A stretch of 64,000 nt of DNA from Microbotryum violaceum (lineage: Eukaryota). The stretch is taken from the NCBI GenBank assembly GCA_001244265.2, contig CDLV01000020.1, positions 248,001 to 312,000 on the forward strand, given 5' to 3'. The notes below the pieces were generated by a model that worked only from the letters and a program-made list of their open reading frames with translations, was not told where the DNA came from and searched no databases. Of the stretch, positions 63,016 to 64,000 are shown piece by piece (position 1 is the stretch's first letter; each line of letters opens with the position of its first letter). The translations under genes were made by a program, and so were the position numbers.

Positions 63016-64000
63016 ATGCTGTGCGCTGCTCGGCATTCGTGCAGGACCCCTTGGGCGCCGGTGCTGGGTTCCAGATCACTGTGTACGAGCCTGACATTGC
63101 TGCGATCTGGCCCAAAGGCTCCACGCCCGCGACGTGGAGGGAGCGAAGCCGCTTCGCAATCGACCTTGCCCAAGCTCAAGCCCAAGCGAGCCTCACCGCC
63201 GATCCCAACCCGGCGTGGGGGCAACAACTCGAGCGCTTCGACTCAGACCAAGTGGAATTCATTCGCACGCAAAAGCACCGGCTTCAATCCCGCTACCTCG
63301 TCTAGTTCGCGCGCGTCGTCGTCCGACATCAGCGTCGTTGCGCTGCTCGATCGGCTCGAGGTGCAACTCAAGTCGAGCTGGAGCAAGGCCGATGCGTCCA
63401 TCAAAGCAGTTGCACGCGACATGGGACTCGACCAAGAAGCCTTTTCGAATCTGGCTCGATGTTTCGCGAATGAGGCTCTGTCTCACCTGCGCGAGAACCG
63501 AGCTCAACTCGAAAGGGGCGTCGATGGCCGTCCTCAAACCGCGGAGAACGGTGTCTCCACCCCGGCAATCGTGTGGGATCTGCCCCGCGTCAGGTCCAGC
63601 TACATCGATGATGGACCGTCGAGCATCACAAATGCGTGTTTGCGCATGTTCGTGCACTGGGCCCGTCAGCAACCTCTACCACCGGCCGTAGGGTGGACCG
63701 TCGCCACCACCACTCGCGATCCCAAACTCGTCGCCAACATCACCCTGTCGAAATTGCATCACCTCGCCGAGGCGACCGACCACCGCTACCCTGGCGAAGC
63801 TTACCAGCGCGCTCGAGCTCGAAGACGCAAGCTGATCCTCCACGTCGGACCGACCAATTCGGGCAAGACCCACACCGCCCTCGTAGCTCTCGCTCGATGC
63901 AGGCAGGGAGTCTATGCCGGCCCTCTGCGCCTCTTGGCTCACGAAGTCTATTTACGACTCAACAATGGCAAGATTGGCGAAGAGCCCAAGGTTGCTTGCA
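63016..64000 (+). CDS. SUV3: Mitochondrial RNA helicase SUV3, 5' part, runs off the right edge
   Basis: Open frame from ATG 63016 with presequence-like start; [39 protein letters not shown]. Confidence 0.93.
   Translation, partial: MLCAARHSCRTPWAPVLGSRSLCTSLTLLRSGPKAPRPRRGGSEAASQSTLPKLKPKRASPPIPTRRGGNNSSASTQTKWNSFARKSTGFNPATSSSSRASSSDISVVALLDRLEVQLKSSWSKADASIKAVARDMGLDQEAFSNLARCFANEALSHLRENRAQLERGVDGRPQTAENGVSTPAIVWDLPRVRSSYIDDGPSSITNACLRMFVHWARQQPLPPAVGWTVATTTRDPKLVANITLSKLHHLAEATDHRYPGEAYQRARARRRKLILHVGPTNSGKTHTALVALARCRQGVYAGPLRLLAHEVYLRLNNGKIGEEPKVAC

Noticed and set aside
1-64000. CRISPR arrays, rRNA, prokaryotic operons, secondary-metabolite cluster, mating-type genes
   Set aside because: Spliceosomal introns throughout; no repeat-spacer array, rRNA, PKS/NRPS, homeodomain or pheromone-receptor motifs seen

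Overview
Eukaryotic, intron-rich, GC-rich DNA from a basidiomycete fungus. Gene style and transposon content suggest Pucciniomycotina, probably Microbotryum (inference). Conserved housekeeping genes: SHB17-like histidine phosphatase, BCP1, RIB1, AFG1-like ATPase, PAH1/lipin, beta-tubulin, SEC9, SEC31, an inositol polyphosphate 5-phosphatase and SUV3. Three accessory blocks interrupt them. (1) ~6.5-15.7 kb: a decayed FunK1-type fungal kinase, a Helitron 5' fragment, an apparently intact PIF/Harbinger transposase with a convergent second ORF, and a ~1.2-kb fold-back palindrome made of the kinase N-terminus. (2) ~32-39 kb: a near full-length degenerate Helitron followed by a ~350-bp fold-back. 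(3) ~58-62.3 kb: an AcademH-like element (TIRs, perfect 9-bp TSD, RecQ-like helicase and transposase remnants) inserted in a second FunK1 pseudogene. The most notable signals all involve the FunK1 family. One copy carries the AcademH insertion, its paralog has a footprint-like 4-bp duplication at exactly the homologous site, and a third locus is a potential hairpin-RNA gene against the family. Exon boundaries were read by eye; no searches were run.
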